Origin: Eubacteriales bacterium
GTDB taxonomy: Bacteria; Bacillota; Clostridia; Oscillospirales; QAKW01
Length of the DNA: 64,000 bases
Direction of reading: 5' to 3'
Assembly (NCBI GenBank): GCA_045657265.1
Contig: JAZOSU010000015.1
Span: forward strand, 7,826 to 71,825
Below the pieces are notes generated by a model, which worked only from the letters and a program-made list of their open reading frames with translations, did not search any database and was not told the DNA's origin. This document shows positions 19,925 to 28,966 of the stretch, piece by piece. Position numbers and translations under genes: made by a program. The stretch's first letter is position 1. Each line of letters begins with the position of its first letter.

Positions 19925-19945
19925 TTGTTCACAGCCTTTGTTTTT

Positions 19946-20914
19946 TTATTTATTATAAATCTTCTTTTTCTGTTTGTCAAAGATATAATAAATCAGAACT
20001 GCACTTGTAAGTATGAAAAAAACAAAAAATAACATAGTAATATTAAGTTTCAACTTGGTCAATGTGTATGCAATTTCAGGCATAAGAATCATATACGCAA
20101 GTTTTCCTGTCAATATTGCTCTTGCGGGTAATTTGACTTTTATACAACAATTTACACATTGCATTATTACTGAAATTCCTGAAAAAGCAAGTATAATTCC
20201 GGCGATTATTACAGAATTTTCTTTACTAAAATCAATCATACTCATACCGCGGGATATTTCAATAAGGCCTATAATGATAGCTTTTATTTGAGTGTTTAAA
20301 CCATCAAGTAAATCCGATGACGACAGAATATCTGCAAATATACCGAAAAACGTTATATATCCGCAAACGTATAAACAACTGAGCGTAGATTCTGTTACTG
20401 CAAAACACGCAGTTTCGGTTATGTTTATTACTTTTCCTCTGCGATTTTTACTTTTTTTAAAACAATGGAAAAATAAAGCGCATACCAAAGATGAGATGCA
20501 TTGAGAAATAAGCAGTATAATTCCTATGCTTTTATTCTTTAATATACAGACACCGATAAAAGTGACTATATAAGCAGGAGAAGCATTTACTGTACAATGT
20601 AAAAGCGAAACGGCTGTGCTCTTATTTATGCTTCCGTTTTCATATAGAGTGCATACGTTTTTTACACCTGTAGGAAAACCCGTAATCAGTCCGCTTACAA
20701 AAGCTAAAACGTTTGGCGGAACACTTGTACAGGTAATTAGCTTTACAAAGAAATCGCATACTATAAAAAACGGAAAAAGGGAGGGTATAACCGAATTAAA
20801 ACAAAGAGTCAGGCTGTTTTTTACAGAACTTGCAACTATCTGAGGGTTTGCGGTAAAAATCAAGACGGATAAAACGGATGAAAGAATAAATAAAATCAGT
20901 TTAAATTTTTTCAT
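19946..20914 (-). CDS. ylbJ: YlbJ-like sporulation integral membrane protein (nucleoside-recognition/Gate domain)
   Basis: 322 aa, polytopic. N-terminal ...SLTLCFNSVIPSLFPFFIV parallels B. subtilis YlbJ ...WWEIVFPSLLPFFIV. No SD upstream. Confidence 0.6.
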   Translation of the reverse strand: MKKFKLILFILSSVLSVLIFTANPQIVASSVKNSLTLCFNSVIPSLFPFFIVCDFFVKLITCTSVPPNVLAFVSGLITGFPTGVKNVCTLYENGSINKSTAVSLLHCTVNASPAYIVTFIGVCILKNKSIGIILLISQCISSLVCALFFHCFKKSKNRRGKVINITETACFAVTESTLSCLYVCGYITFFGIFADILSSSDLLDGLNTQIKAIIIGLIEISRGMSMIDFSKENSVIIAGIILAFSGISVIMQCVNCCIKVKLPARAILTGKLAYMILMPEIAYTLTKLKLNITMLFFVFFILTSAVLIYYIFDKQKKKIYNK

Positions 20915-20974
20915 AGTAATTTATATGCAAAAAAACTGTTGCTCTTGCATAAATTTCATTAAAGGAGAGATTTT

Positions 20975-21235
20975 ATGAAAAACAATCCGGTAAAAGAATT
21001 TATAAGAGGAAAAAACTTTTCGGATATATCAAGTGAGAGCAGTATAGAAATAATCGGTAAAAAAAGGGTAATAATAGAACAAACTGAAAATATAAAAGAA
21101 TATGAAAATGAAAAAGTTAAAGTGATAAGCTCTAAAATTATCGTTGAAGTAACAGGGAAAGCTCTTTCTATTGACAGTTATTGTGATGGTATAACCATAA
21201 TAGACGGCTTTATTGAAAATATATCTTTAACATAG
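20975..21235 (+). CDS. yqfC: YabP/YqfC family sporulation protein
   Basis: 86 aa with the YabP-family alternating beta pattern. Sits immediately upstream of yqfD, as in Bacillus. AAAGGAGAG RBS. Confidence 0.75.
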   Translation: MKNNPVKEFIRGKNFSDISSESSIEIIGKKRVIIEQTENIKEYENEKVKVISSKIIVEVTGKALSIDSYCDGITIIDGFIENISLT

Positions 21236-21243
21236 GTGATAAA

Positions 21244-22413
21244 ATGTTAGGACCGATTGTAAGATTTTTAACAGGCTCAATTCTGATTGAGGCGACAGGA
21301 AACAGTGAACTGTTTTTAAATGAAATATACAAAAGAAACTTAAAACTTTATATGCTCAAAAAATCAGGACATCTGAGTATAAGTTTTACGGTTGGCAGAA
21401 AAGACTACGGTAAAATCAAACAATTAGCAAATTCTACTCATACTCGGCTTGAAATTGTAAAAAAACAAGGTATGCCTCAGATACTGAAAAGATTCAGCAA
21501 AAGATACGGAATTGCCGTGGGTTCGGGATTGTGTATAGTCTTTTTTTATTTGTTTTCTTTGTTTATTTGGAATATTGAAGTTTCGGGATGTGAAAAAACC
21601 ACAAAACAGGAAGTGGTAATGCTTCTTGAACAATCGGGAATTTCTTTTGGAAAATTCAAATCATTTCTTGATATCAAAAATATAGAAAATGAATTTTTAA
21701 AGGGAAACGATAAAATATCATGGGTATCTATTAATCTTAAAGGTACGACCGCTTATGTGGAAATCAGAGAGAAAAACGAAAAAGTAAAGCTTCTTGATGC
21801 AAAAACACCGTGCAGCATATATGCGTCGAGAGATGGGGTTATAGCATCTGTACATACTTATATGGGATATAGCGTTGTATCTGTCGGCGATACTGTTACG
21901 GCAGGAGATTTGATTGTTACAGGCAATTATACCGATAAATACGGTGTTGAATACAAACTGCATTCCTACGCCAAAATTATGGCTTATACAGTTCATTCAC
22001 ATTCCGTAAACATACCTTTTAACAGTAAACAACACGTAAAAACAGGCAGATTTAAAAATAAATATTCAATAAAACTGCTAAGATTTAATATACCTCTTTA
22101 TTTTATTAAAAATATAAGATATAATAACTATGACATTACGATGGCGCAGACTGAACTTAAATTAGGAAAGCATTTTGTTTTGCCTGTCAGTATTGTAAAA
22201 ACAACCTATACTGAAGTTGAAGATGTTATAGTAAAAAAATCGGAAGAAGTTGCTCTTATGGAAGCATATGAACAACTTTATGATTTTGAATATAACCTTG
22301 TGGGAATTGTTGTTAATGACAGACATTACGAAAAAACAAAAGACGAAAACGGACTAACCGTTAAAGTATTACTTGATTGCTATGAACAAATAGGAGTAAC
22401 AGGACAACTGTAG
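21244..22413 (+). CDS. yqfD: sporulation protein YqfD
   Basis: 389 aa. Central TM segment (IAVGSGLCIVFFYLFSLFIWNI), YqfD-like architecture and synteny. Confidence 0.8.
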   Translation: MLGPIVRFLTGSILIEATGNSELFLNEIYKRNLKLYMLKKSGHLSISFTVGRKDYGKIKQLANSTHTRLEIVKKQGMPQILKRFSKRYGIAVGSGLCIVFFYLFSLFIWNIEVSGCEKTTKQEVVMLLEQSGISFGKFKSFLDIKNIENEFLKGNDKISWVSINLKGTTAYVEIREKNEKVKLLDAKTPCSIYASRDGVIASVHTYMGYSVVSVGDTVTAGDLIVTGNYTDKYGVEYKLHSYAKIMAYTVHSHSVNIPFNSKQHVKTGRFKNKYSIKLLRFNIPLYFIKNIRYNNYDITMAQTELKLGKHFVLPVSIVKTTYTEVEDVIVKKSEEVALMEAYEQLYDFEYNLVGIVVNDRHYEKTKDENGLTVKVLLDCYEQIGVTGQL

Positions 22414-22430
22414 TAAAGGCGGATTTTTTA

Positions 22431-23414
22431 ATGGAAAGAACTTTAAACGTAAAAGACAGCGAGAATATGTCTGTTGTTTTCGGTCCTTTTGACGAAAACA
22501 TAGAAATTATCGAAAAAGAACTTAATGTCAGAATAATCGGCAGAGGGGATATGCTTTCGATAAGCGGTGATAAAGATAACGTTGAGCGGGCAATAACTAC
22601 TCTTGAAAACCTGTTTGAAGTTGCAAAAATCCGCGATATCATAGACGTTCAGACTGTAAAATATATAATAAGTATTTCTCTTGAACATAATGCTGAGAAT
22701 GTTGCAAAAGCGCTTGATGAATGTATTTGTATTACAAATGCAGGCAGACCTATAAAACCTAAAACAATATCTCAGAAAAAGTATGTTGAAGCCATCAATA
22801 AAAACGTTGTGACGTTCGGTGTCGGTCCTGCAGGTACAGGTAAAACATATCTTGCGGTGGCTCTTGCTGTTACTGCTCTTAAAAATAAAATCGTTTCTAA
22901 AATTATACTTACAAGACCTGCGGTCGAGGCAGGGGAAAATCTTGGATTTCTCCCGGGTGATCTTCAAAATAAAGTAGACCCTTATCTTCGCCCACTTTAT
23001 GATGCTCTTTTTGATATGCTTGGAGCTGATACCTTTGCGAAATATATGGAAAAAGGAATTATCGAGATTGCACCTCTTGCATATATGAGAGGCAGGACTC
23101 TTGAAAACAGTTTTATAATTCTTGATGAAGCTCAAAATACAACTATTGAACAGATGAAAATGTTTTTAACTAGATTTGGATTTAATTCAAAAATTGTAGT
23201 TACAGGAGACGTCACTCAGGTTGATCTTCCCAAAGGAAAAACATCGGGACTTGTTCATGCACTGAAAATTCTTGATAATATAGAACTTATCGGAGTTCAT
23301 AAATTCGACAAAAAAGATATTGTGCGACACGCTTTAGTACAAAAAATTGTAGATGCGTATGAAAATTCAAATAAAAAAGGAAGTGACATTAATGGAGCTG
23401 ACAGTAACCTTTGA
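22431..23414 (+). CDS. phoH: PhoH-like ATPase
   Basis: 327 aa. Walker A GPAGTGKTYLAVA, ILDEAQN Walker B. Confidence 0.93.
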   Translation: MERTLNVKDSENMSVVFGPFDENIEIIEKELNVRIIGRGDMLSISGDKDNVERAITTLENLFEVAKIRDIIDVQTVKYIISISLEHNAENVAKALDECICITNAGRPIKPKTISQKKYVEAINKNVVTFGVGPAGTGKTYLAVALAVTALKNKIVSKIILTRPAVEAGENLGFLPGDLQNKVDPYLRPLYDALFDMLGADTFAKYMEKGIIEIAPLAYMRGRTLENSFIILDEAQNTTIEQMKMFLTRFGFNSKIVVTGDVTQVDLPKGKTSGLVHALKILDNIELIGVHKFDKKDIVRHALVQKIVDAYENSNKKGSDINGADSNL

Positions 23415-23841
23415 TGGTGAATATTATAACGATTCAATAGAAAAAGCAATTTATGCTGCTTTGAAAAGTGAAAACGTTGATATAGACTGTGAAGTTGAGG
23501 TTGTTATTACAGATAAAGAAACTATAAAAGAACTTAATAACCAAACCCGTGGAATTGATAAACCGACCGATGTTTTGTCATTTCCTATGTTTGAAAATAT
23601 AACTAATGCAGTTCCTGAACAAGACGGAAAAGTGTTTTTAGGAAGTATGGTTATATGTAAAGACAAAGCAATAGAACAGGCAAAAGAATACGGACATTCA
23701 GAGCTTCGTGAAGTATCTTTCCTTGCAGTTCACAGTACTTTGCATTTACTTGGCTATGACCACGAACTCGGCAAACAGGAAGAAAGTGAAATGTTTGAAA
23801 AACAAGAAAATGTTTTGCAGACAATGGGGATAACCAGATGA
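23392..23841 (+). CDS. ybeY: rRNA maturation endoribonuclease YbeY
   Basis: 149 aa from ATG 23392. Zinc motif HSTLHLLGYDH. Overlaps the phoH end by 23 nt. Confidence 0.92.
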   Translation: MELTVTFDGEYYNDSIEKAIYAALKSENVDIDCEVEVVITDKETIKELNNQTRGIDKPTDVLSFPMFENITNAVPEQDGKVFLGSMVICKDKAIEQAKEYGHSELREVSFLAVHSTLHLLGYDHELGKQEESEMFEKQENVLQTMGITR

Positions 23842-24308
23842 AAGCTTTTATAACTTTGCTTAAAAGTTTTGGATACGCTTTTAACGGTATATGGTTGTGT
23901 ATTAAAAATTGCCGTAATTTCAGAATACATATGATAGCCGTTTTGTACGTGATGTACTTTTCGAGGTTTTACGATTTTGATGTAGCTATATACGGTATAC
24001 TGTTTTTAACTTTTGCTATGGTGTTGACGGCAGAATGTATCAACAGTTCACTTGAATATACCTGTAATTCGGTAACGGATAAATATAACGAGAATATTAA
24101 AAAAGCTAAAGATACGGCGGCAGGAGCTGTTCTGATCTGTGCGATTTTTGCGATTTTTATCGCTTTGTTGTTTTTTTCAAGAATTGATATTATTTTGCAG
24201 ATAATTGATTATTTTGCATCGCCTTTAAAATTATTGATTTTTGCACTTTCAATAATTATTTCTTTGATTTTTATCTTTTATAAGGATGTTTTTAAAAATG
24301 GAAAATAA
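23838..24308 (+). CDS. dgkA: diacylglycerol/undecaprenol kinase family protein
   Basis: 156 aa, 3 TM. ECINSSLEY and KDTAAGAV motifs; ATGA overlap with ybeY. Confidence 0.85.
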   Translation: MKAFITLLKSFGYAFNGIWLCIKNCRNFRIHMIAVLYVMYFSRFYDFDVAIYGILFLTFAMVLTAECINSSLEYTCNSVTDKYNENIKKAKDTAAGAVLICAIFAIFIALLFFSRIDIILQIIDYFASPLKLLIFALSIIISLIFIFYKDVFKNGK

Positions 24309-25185
24309 TAATTCAAAAACAGTTTTTGTGACACTTTGCGGTAGACCAAACGTTGGCAAGTCAACACTTTTAAATGCTTTTTTGGGTAAAAAAGTTTCAA
24401 TAGTTTCACCTAAAGCTCAAACTACACGTGTAAGAGTTACAGGCGTACTTACTCAAAATAATTGTCAGTATGTTTTTTTGGATACACCCGGTATGCACAA
24501 ACCAAAAAGCGGTCTCGGTCAGGCAATGGTACAGGCGGTTGGCGAGGGTATAGAAAACGCGGATATTACGCTGTTTGTAGTTGAGGCGGGAGACCGTATA
24601 ATGTCAACTGAACGCAGTATTATTAAGATGCTTGTATCAAATAAAATGCGTGCATTTCTTATTGTTAATAAAACTGATAGTGTAGATAAAGAAAAAATAC
24701 TTTCTACTATAGCGGAGTTTTCTTCTGCATATAATTTTGAAGAAATAATTCCTGTAAGCGCAAAAACACGCGACGGTCTTGATACGGTACTTGAAGAACT
24801 GTATAAACGGGCAGAAGATTCATTTTTCTATTATGATGAAAACTTTGTCAGCGATATGCCTGGTGCAAATTACGTTTGCGAAGTTATAAGAGAAAAAATG
24901 CTTTATAATCTCGGTCTTGAAATACCCCATACCGTTGCTCTTATAGCCGAGAACTTTGAAGAAACTGAAAATCTCGTAAGATGTTCTGTTACAGTTTATT
25001 GTACAAGAGAAAGTCATAAAGGTATAATAATCGGCAAAAAAGGTTCAATGCTCAAAAAAATCAACACCGAAGCAAGAATTGAACTTGAACGATATTTTGA
25101 TAAAAAAGTGTTTGTCGAATGTTTTGTTAAAGTTAAAAACGATTGGCAGAACAGCAGTTCCATGCTTCGTATGCTTGGGTTGTAA
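24298..25185 (+). CDS. era: GTPase Era
   Basis: GRPNVGKSTL, DTPG, NKTD G-motifs plus C-terminal KH domain. Start at ATG 24298, or at 24286. Confidence 0.95.
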   Translation: MENNNSKTVFVTLCGRPNVGKSTLLNAFLGKKVSIVSPKAQTTRVRVTGVLTQNNCQYVFLDTPGMHKPKSGLGQAMVQAVGEGIENADITLFVVEAGDRIMSTERSIIKMLVSNKMRAFLIVNKTDSVDKEKILSTIAEFSSAYNFEEIIPVSAKTRDGLDTVLEELYKRAEDSFFYYDENFVSDMPGANYVCEVIREKMLYNLGLEIPHTVALIAENFEETENLVRCSVTVYCTRESHKGIIIGKKGSMLKKINTEARIELERYFDKKVFVECFVKVKNDWQNSSSMLRMLGL

Positions 25186-25257
25186 AATATTCCCTTGATT
25201 ATTAAAATCACCGTAACAAAAAATAGTCATAAAGAATAAAATAATAGCGGTGATACT

Positions 25258-25413
25258 ATGACAGAAAATCAGATTTGGCAGATATTTAAAAATACAGGAA
25301 GCGTTGAAGCGTATATAACGTTTTCGCAAATGAAAGAAAAAACGGAGACAGTCAATGGCGTCGACTTTAAAGACAAAAGGGATAATATTGAAAATGAAGG
25401 ATACTCCGGGTAA
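25258..25413 (+). CDS. yqzL: YqzL-like small protein (51 aa), absent from the ORF track
   Basis: My own translation: MTENQIWQIFKNTGSVEAYITFSQMKEKTETVNGVDFKDKRDNIENEGYSG*. The W..F..TG....Y..F pattern and the era-yqzL-recO position match B. subtilis YqzL. GGTGA SD lies 4 nt upstream. Overlaps recO by 59 nt in another frame. Confidence 0.6.
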   Translation: MTENQIWQIFKNTGSVEAYITFSQMKEKTETVNGVDFKDKRDNIENEGYSG

Positions 25414-26065
25414 GGATAAACTTGTTTATTTTCTTACTGAAAAAGGTCTTGTTAAAGCTTTTATGACTCCTAAGCGTATGGCAGGCAAAAAAAGTTTTAC
25501 GGTTGATTTGTTTTCTTACGGTGAAATTGTTTATTTTGAAACCGATTCAGGAAATAACCTTGTTAATTCAGTAACACCTGAAGAGTATTTTTACGGTATA
25601 CGTGAAAATATTTCAAGCTTTTACGGAGCGGGATATTTTGCATCTTTGGCGCTGTATACTCTTCAGGATGCCGAAACTGATACTGTTTCACTTCTTAACC
25701 TTATACTTACATCATTTGACAGACTTTCAAAAGGGGAAGATGTTAAAAGCGTAAAACCTGTTTTTGAACTAATTATTTCAAAACTTCTTGGGATTTTTCC
25801 TTGTCTTGAAGCACAAACCAAAAGTAATAATTACTATTTTGCTTTTGACGACGGAAGACTTCATTTAAACGCAGTTGCCGGCAGTATATTTGTTTCACGC
25901 AATGTAATAATGGCTGTTTACAGAATAATCAATTCATCAATAAAAGATGCTTTTGATGTTAAATGTGAAAATGAGGACATGCTATACAGACTGTCGGAAC
26001 AATATATTCTGTATCATACTGAATATAATTTTGATACACTTAAATACTTAAACGGAGTAATTTGA
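25355..26065 (+). CDS. recO: DNA repair protein RecO
   Basis: 236 aa. N-terminal TKGIILKMKDTPGKDKLVYF OB-fold start typical of RecO. GGAG lies 7 nt upstream of ATG 25355. Confidence 0.85.
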   Translation: MASTLKTKGIILKMKDTPGKDKLVYFLTEKGLVKAFMTPKRMAGKKSFTVDLFSYGEIVYFETDSGNNLVNSVTPEEYFYGIRENISSFYGAGYFASLALYTLQDAETDTVSLLNLILTSFDRLSKGEDVKSVKPVFELIISKLLGIFPCLEAQTKSNNYYFAFDDGRLHLNAVAGSIFVSRNVIMAVYRIINSSIKDAFDVKCENEDMLYRLSEQYILYHTEYNFDTLKYLNGVI

Positions 26066-26069
26066 TAAA

Positions 26070-28448
26070 GTGAACGACCGAAAAAATTTCTATTATAAAA
26101 AATCTCTTGCTGCTCTTGAATTCGATAAGGTAAAAGAAATACTTTCTACATATGCGGCAATAGACAAAACCAAACAAATCATTAAAAATATGGTTCCGCT
26201 TTACGATTTGGAATGCGCACGTCGTATGCAGATGGAAACAACGCAGGCAAGAAATATGATTGCTCTTAATAATCGTCTGCCTATGGGAAATTTGTCAGAC
26301 GATATTGATTTGTATATCGGTAAAGCAGTTAAGGGTATTACTCTTAATGTGAAAGACTTTATGTCTATTGCAAAACTTATGCAGATATCTGTAAATATGT
26401 CTCGTTTTCAGGCGGACAGCAATGCGGATTGCAGTTTGCTTTCTGTTATGTTTGAAAAACTTTATACAGATAAGGCTTTGCTTGACAGAATAAATAAAAC
26501 TTTTCCCGATGGCGAACATATCGCAGATGATGCATCGCCTCAGCTTCTTTCTATCAGAAGAGCAATTATCAGAGAATCGGCAAAAATCAAAGATACTCTT
26601 GATAAGTATATTAAAAATGCAGATGTTGCACAATATTTGCAGGAATCTATAGTTACTATCCGTTATGACAGATTTGTAATTCCTGTTAAAGCTGAAAACC
26701 GCAGTAATATCAAGGGTCTTGTTCACGATACTTCAAATACGGGTTCGACTCTTTTTGTAGAACCGCTGTTTGTTATTGAGGCGAATAATAATATAAGACG
26801 GCTTGAAAACGAAGAAAAACAGGAAATAGAAAGAATATTAAAAGAACTTACCGAGCTTGTCTCTGTCTATGCTCCATCTCTTCTTGATTCCTATAAAAAT
26901 CTTTTGTCTCTTGACTATATTTTTGCCAAAGCGAGATATAGTTATGACAAAGATATGATTGAACCAAAATTATCGAAAACAAAAAAAATCAGTTTTAAGA
27001 ATGCATATCATCCACTTATTTCAAAAGATGTAATGGTTCCTTTGAGTATATCAATGGATGGGGACACCGATACAGTTATAGTTACAGGACCTAATACAGG
27101 CGGTAAAACCGTATTTCTTAAAACGCTCGGTCTTATGTGTTTGATGGCAAAATCAGGTATGCACATTCCTTGCCATGAGGCGGAAATATTTGTGTTTGAT
27201 AAAGTATATGCAGATATAGGTGATGAACAGTCAATAGAGCAGTCTCTTTCTACTTTTTCGTCTCATATGAAAAATATTAAAAATATTATCGCAAACGCAT
27301 CCGATTCTTCTCTTGTTCTTTTTGATGAGTTGGGAAGCGGAACCGATCCTGTAGAAGGTGCCGCCCTTGCTATAGCTGTTATTGAAAAAATCAGATCTCT
27401 TGGCAGTTTTGCAGCTTGTACGACACATTACAGTGAACTGAAAACATACGCTCTTGAAACTGATGGTATAAAAAATGCTTCTTTTGAGTTTGACCTTAAA
27501 TCACTCAGCCCTACTTATAGAATAAACATCGGTATACCGGGCAAATCGTATGCTTTTGAAATTTCAAAACATCTTGGTATTCAAAGCGATGTTATAGAAA
27601 ACGCAAAAGCTTTGGTTGGTGATGATGTAAAACGTTTTGATAAAGTTGTAGACCAACTGCTTCGCGAAAAAAACGAATATGAAAATCTCAAACGTGAACT
27701 TGCATCTTCACGACTTGAATTGTTGGCACAAAAACAGGAATTTGAAGAAAAATCACGTAAACTTGATAAAAATATTGACAGAGAACTTGAAAATGCAAGA
27801 ATCAAAGCGCGTCAGGTTGTTGAAAAAGCAAGACACGATGCAGCTGTCATGCTTGAAAATCTCAAAAAGCAAAAAGATGAACTTGATAAAAATTCATATT
27901 TGAAAATGAAAAGTATGATACGTTCCGGTATGTCAAAACTTGACGTAGAAGATAGCGGAACAAAACAAGAACAACCGGTAGGTGAACGTATAGCCAAAGC
28001 TGAAGTCGGTATGAAAGTTTTTGTTGGTAAGCTTTCAAAAACAGGTGAGATTATTTCAGTTTCGGGAGACAGTGCAAAGGTGAAGTGCGGAGCAATTTCT
28101 ATAAATGTAAAAGTTTCGGATTTATTTGTAGCACCTGAAGAAAAGAAACCTGTAAATAAGAAGGTTCAAAGCAGTGCAAAAGTTATAAGAACTGCGAGTC
28201 TTGAGGCAAAAATGGAACTTGATATCAGAGGAGAAACAGTCCTTGATGCTTGTGATGCTATTGACAGATTTCTTGATTCGGCTATACTTGACCATCTCAG
28301 CTCCGTGTCTATAATTCACGGCAAAGGCACCGGTGCGCTTCGTTCAGGGGTACATGCTCATCTTAAAGGTCACCGTCAGGTCAAAGGCTTCAGACTTGGA
28401 GCCTACGGAGAAGGGGACAGCGGTGTTACCGTTGTAGAATTAAAATAG
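26070..28448 (+). CDS. mutS2: endonuclease MutS2
   Basis: 792 aa. Walker A GPNTGGKTVFLKT, C-terminal Smr domain (IIHGKGTGALR). GTG start is uncertain. Confidence 0.93.
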   Translation: MNDRKNFYYKKSLAALEFDKVKEILSTYAAIDKTKQIIKNMVPLYDLECARRMQMETTQARNMIALNNRLPMGNLSDDIDLYIGKAVKGITLNVKDFMSIAKLMQISVNMSRFQADSNADCSLLSVMFEKLYTDKALLDRINKTFPDGEHIADDASPQLLSIRRAIIRESAKIKDTLDKYIKNADVAQYLQESIVTIRYDRFVIPVKAENRSNIKGLVHDTSNTGSTLFVEPLFVIEANNNIRRLENEEKQEIERILKELTELVSVYAPSLLDSYKNLLSLDYIFAKARYSYDKDMIEPKLSKTKKISFKNAYHPLISKDVMVPLSISMDGDTDTVIVTGPNTGGKTVFLKTLGLMCLMAKSGMHIPCHEAEIFVFDKVYADIGDEQSIEQSLSTFSSHMKNIKNIIANASDSSLVLFDELGSGTDPVEGAALAIAVIEKIRSLGSFAACTTHYSELKTYALETDGIKNASFEFDLKSLSPTYRINIGIPGKSYAFEISKHLGIQSDVIENAKALVGDDVKRFDKVVDQLLREKNEYENLKRELASSRLELLAQKQEFEEKSRKLDKNIDRELENARIKARQVVEKARHDAAVMLENLKKQKDELDKNSYLKMKSMIRSGMSKLDVEDSGTKQEQPVGERIAKAEVGMKVFVGKLSKTGEIISVSGDSAKVKCGAISINVKVSDLFVAPEEKKPVNKKVQSSAKVIRTASLEAKMELDIRGETVLDACDAIDRFLDSAILDHLSSVSIIHGKGTGALRSGVHAHLKGHRQVKGFRLGAYGEGDSGVTVVELK

Positions 28449-28462
28449 TTTAGGAGATAAAA

Positions 28463-28966
28463 ATGTTTGCACCAGATTATTTTTTAAATTCGGTTTTTGA
28501 TGTAGATGCTGAGTTTATAAAAAATAATAACTGCAAGGCGGTTATATTTGATATTGACAATACTTTGGTGGGATTTACCGTCAAACATCCTACCGAAGAA
28601 ATCAAAAACTACATAGATTCTCTTTTGAAAAGTGGAATAAAAATTTCAATCGCATCAAATAACAACGAAGAAAGAGTTACAGAATTTACTCGTTCGCTTG
28701 GAGTGGATTTTGCTTTCAGAGCTTGTAAGCCGCTTCCTTTTGCACTTTTAAAGCTTTGTAAAAAAATGAATGTAAAGCCAAAACAGACTATGCTTGTGGG
28801 TGATCAGGTATTTACCGATTCACTTGGTGCAAATCTTTGTAATATGGTTTCTGTTATGGTAGATATTATAGATACAAAAGAAAATCTTACTTTTAAGATT
28901 AAACGAGCTCTTGAAAAACCTGTTATAAATGCAAAGAAAAGAAAGGATGCGAGAAAAAATGGTTAA
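28463..28966 (+). CDS. yqeG: YqeG-family HAD-IIIA phosphatase
   Basis: 167 aa. DIDNTL and GDQVFTD HAD motifs. Confidence 0.8.
   Translation: MFAPDYFLNSVFDVDAEFIKNNNCKAVIFDIDNTLVGFTVKHPTEEIKNYIDSLLKSGIKISIASNNNEERVTEFTRSLGVDFAFRACKPLPFALLKLCKKMNVKPKQTMLVGDQVFTDSLGANLCNMVSVMVDIIDTKENLTFKIKRALEKPVINAKKRKDARKNG

Noticed and set aside
22443-23135. 230-aa ORF on the minus strand
   Set aside because: It lies entirely antisense to phoH, which has unambiguous Walker motifs. Its composition is F/K/N/I/C/R-rich and low-complexity, as is typical of antisense frames, and it has no RBS. Treated as a shadow ORF.
25045-25329. 94-aa minus-strand ORF covering the era-recO spacer
   Set aside because: It overlaps the era 3' end in antisense and has no RBS or motif. 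The plus-strand 51-codon YqzL-like ORF explains the spacer better through synteny and motif.
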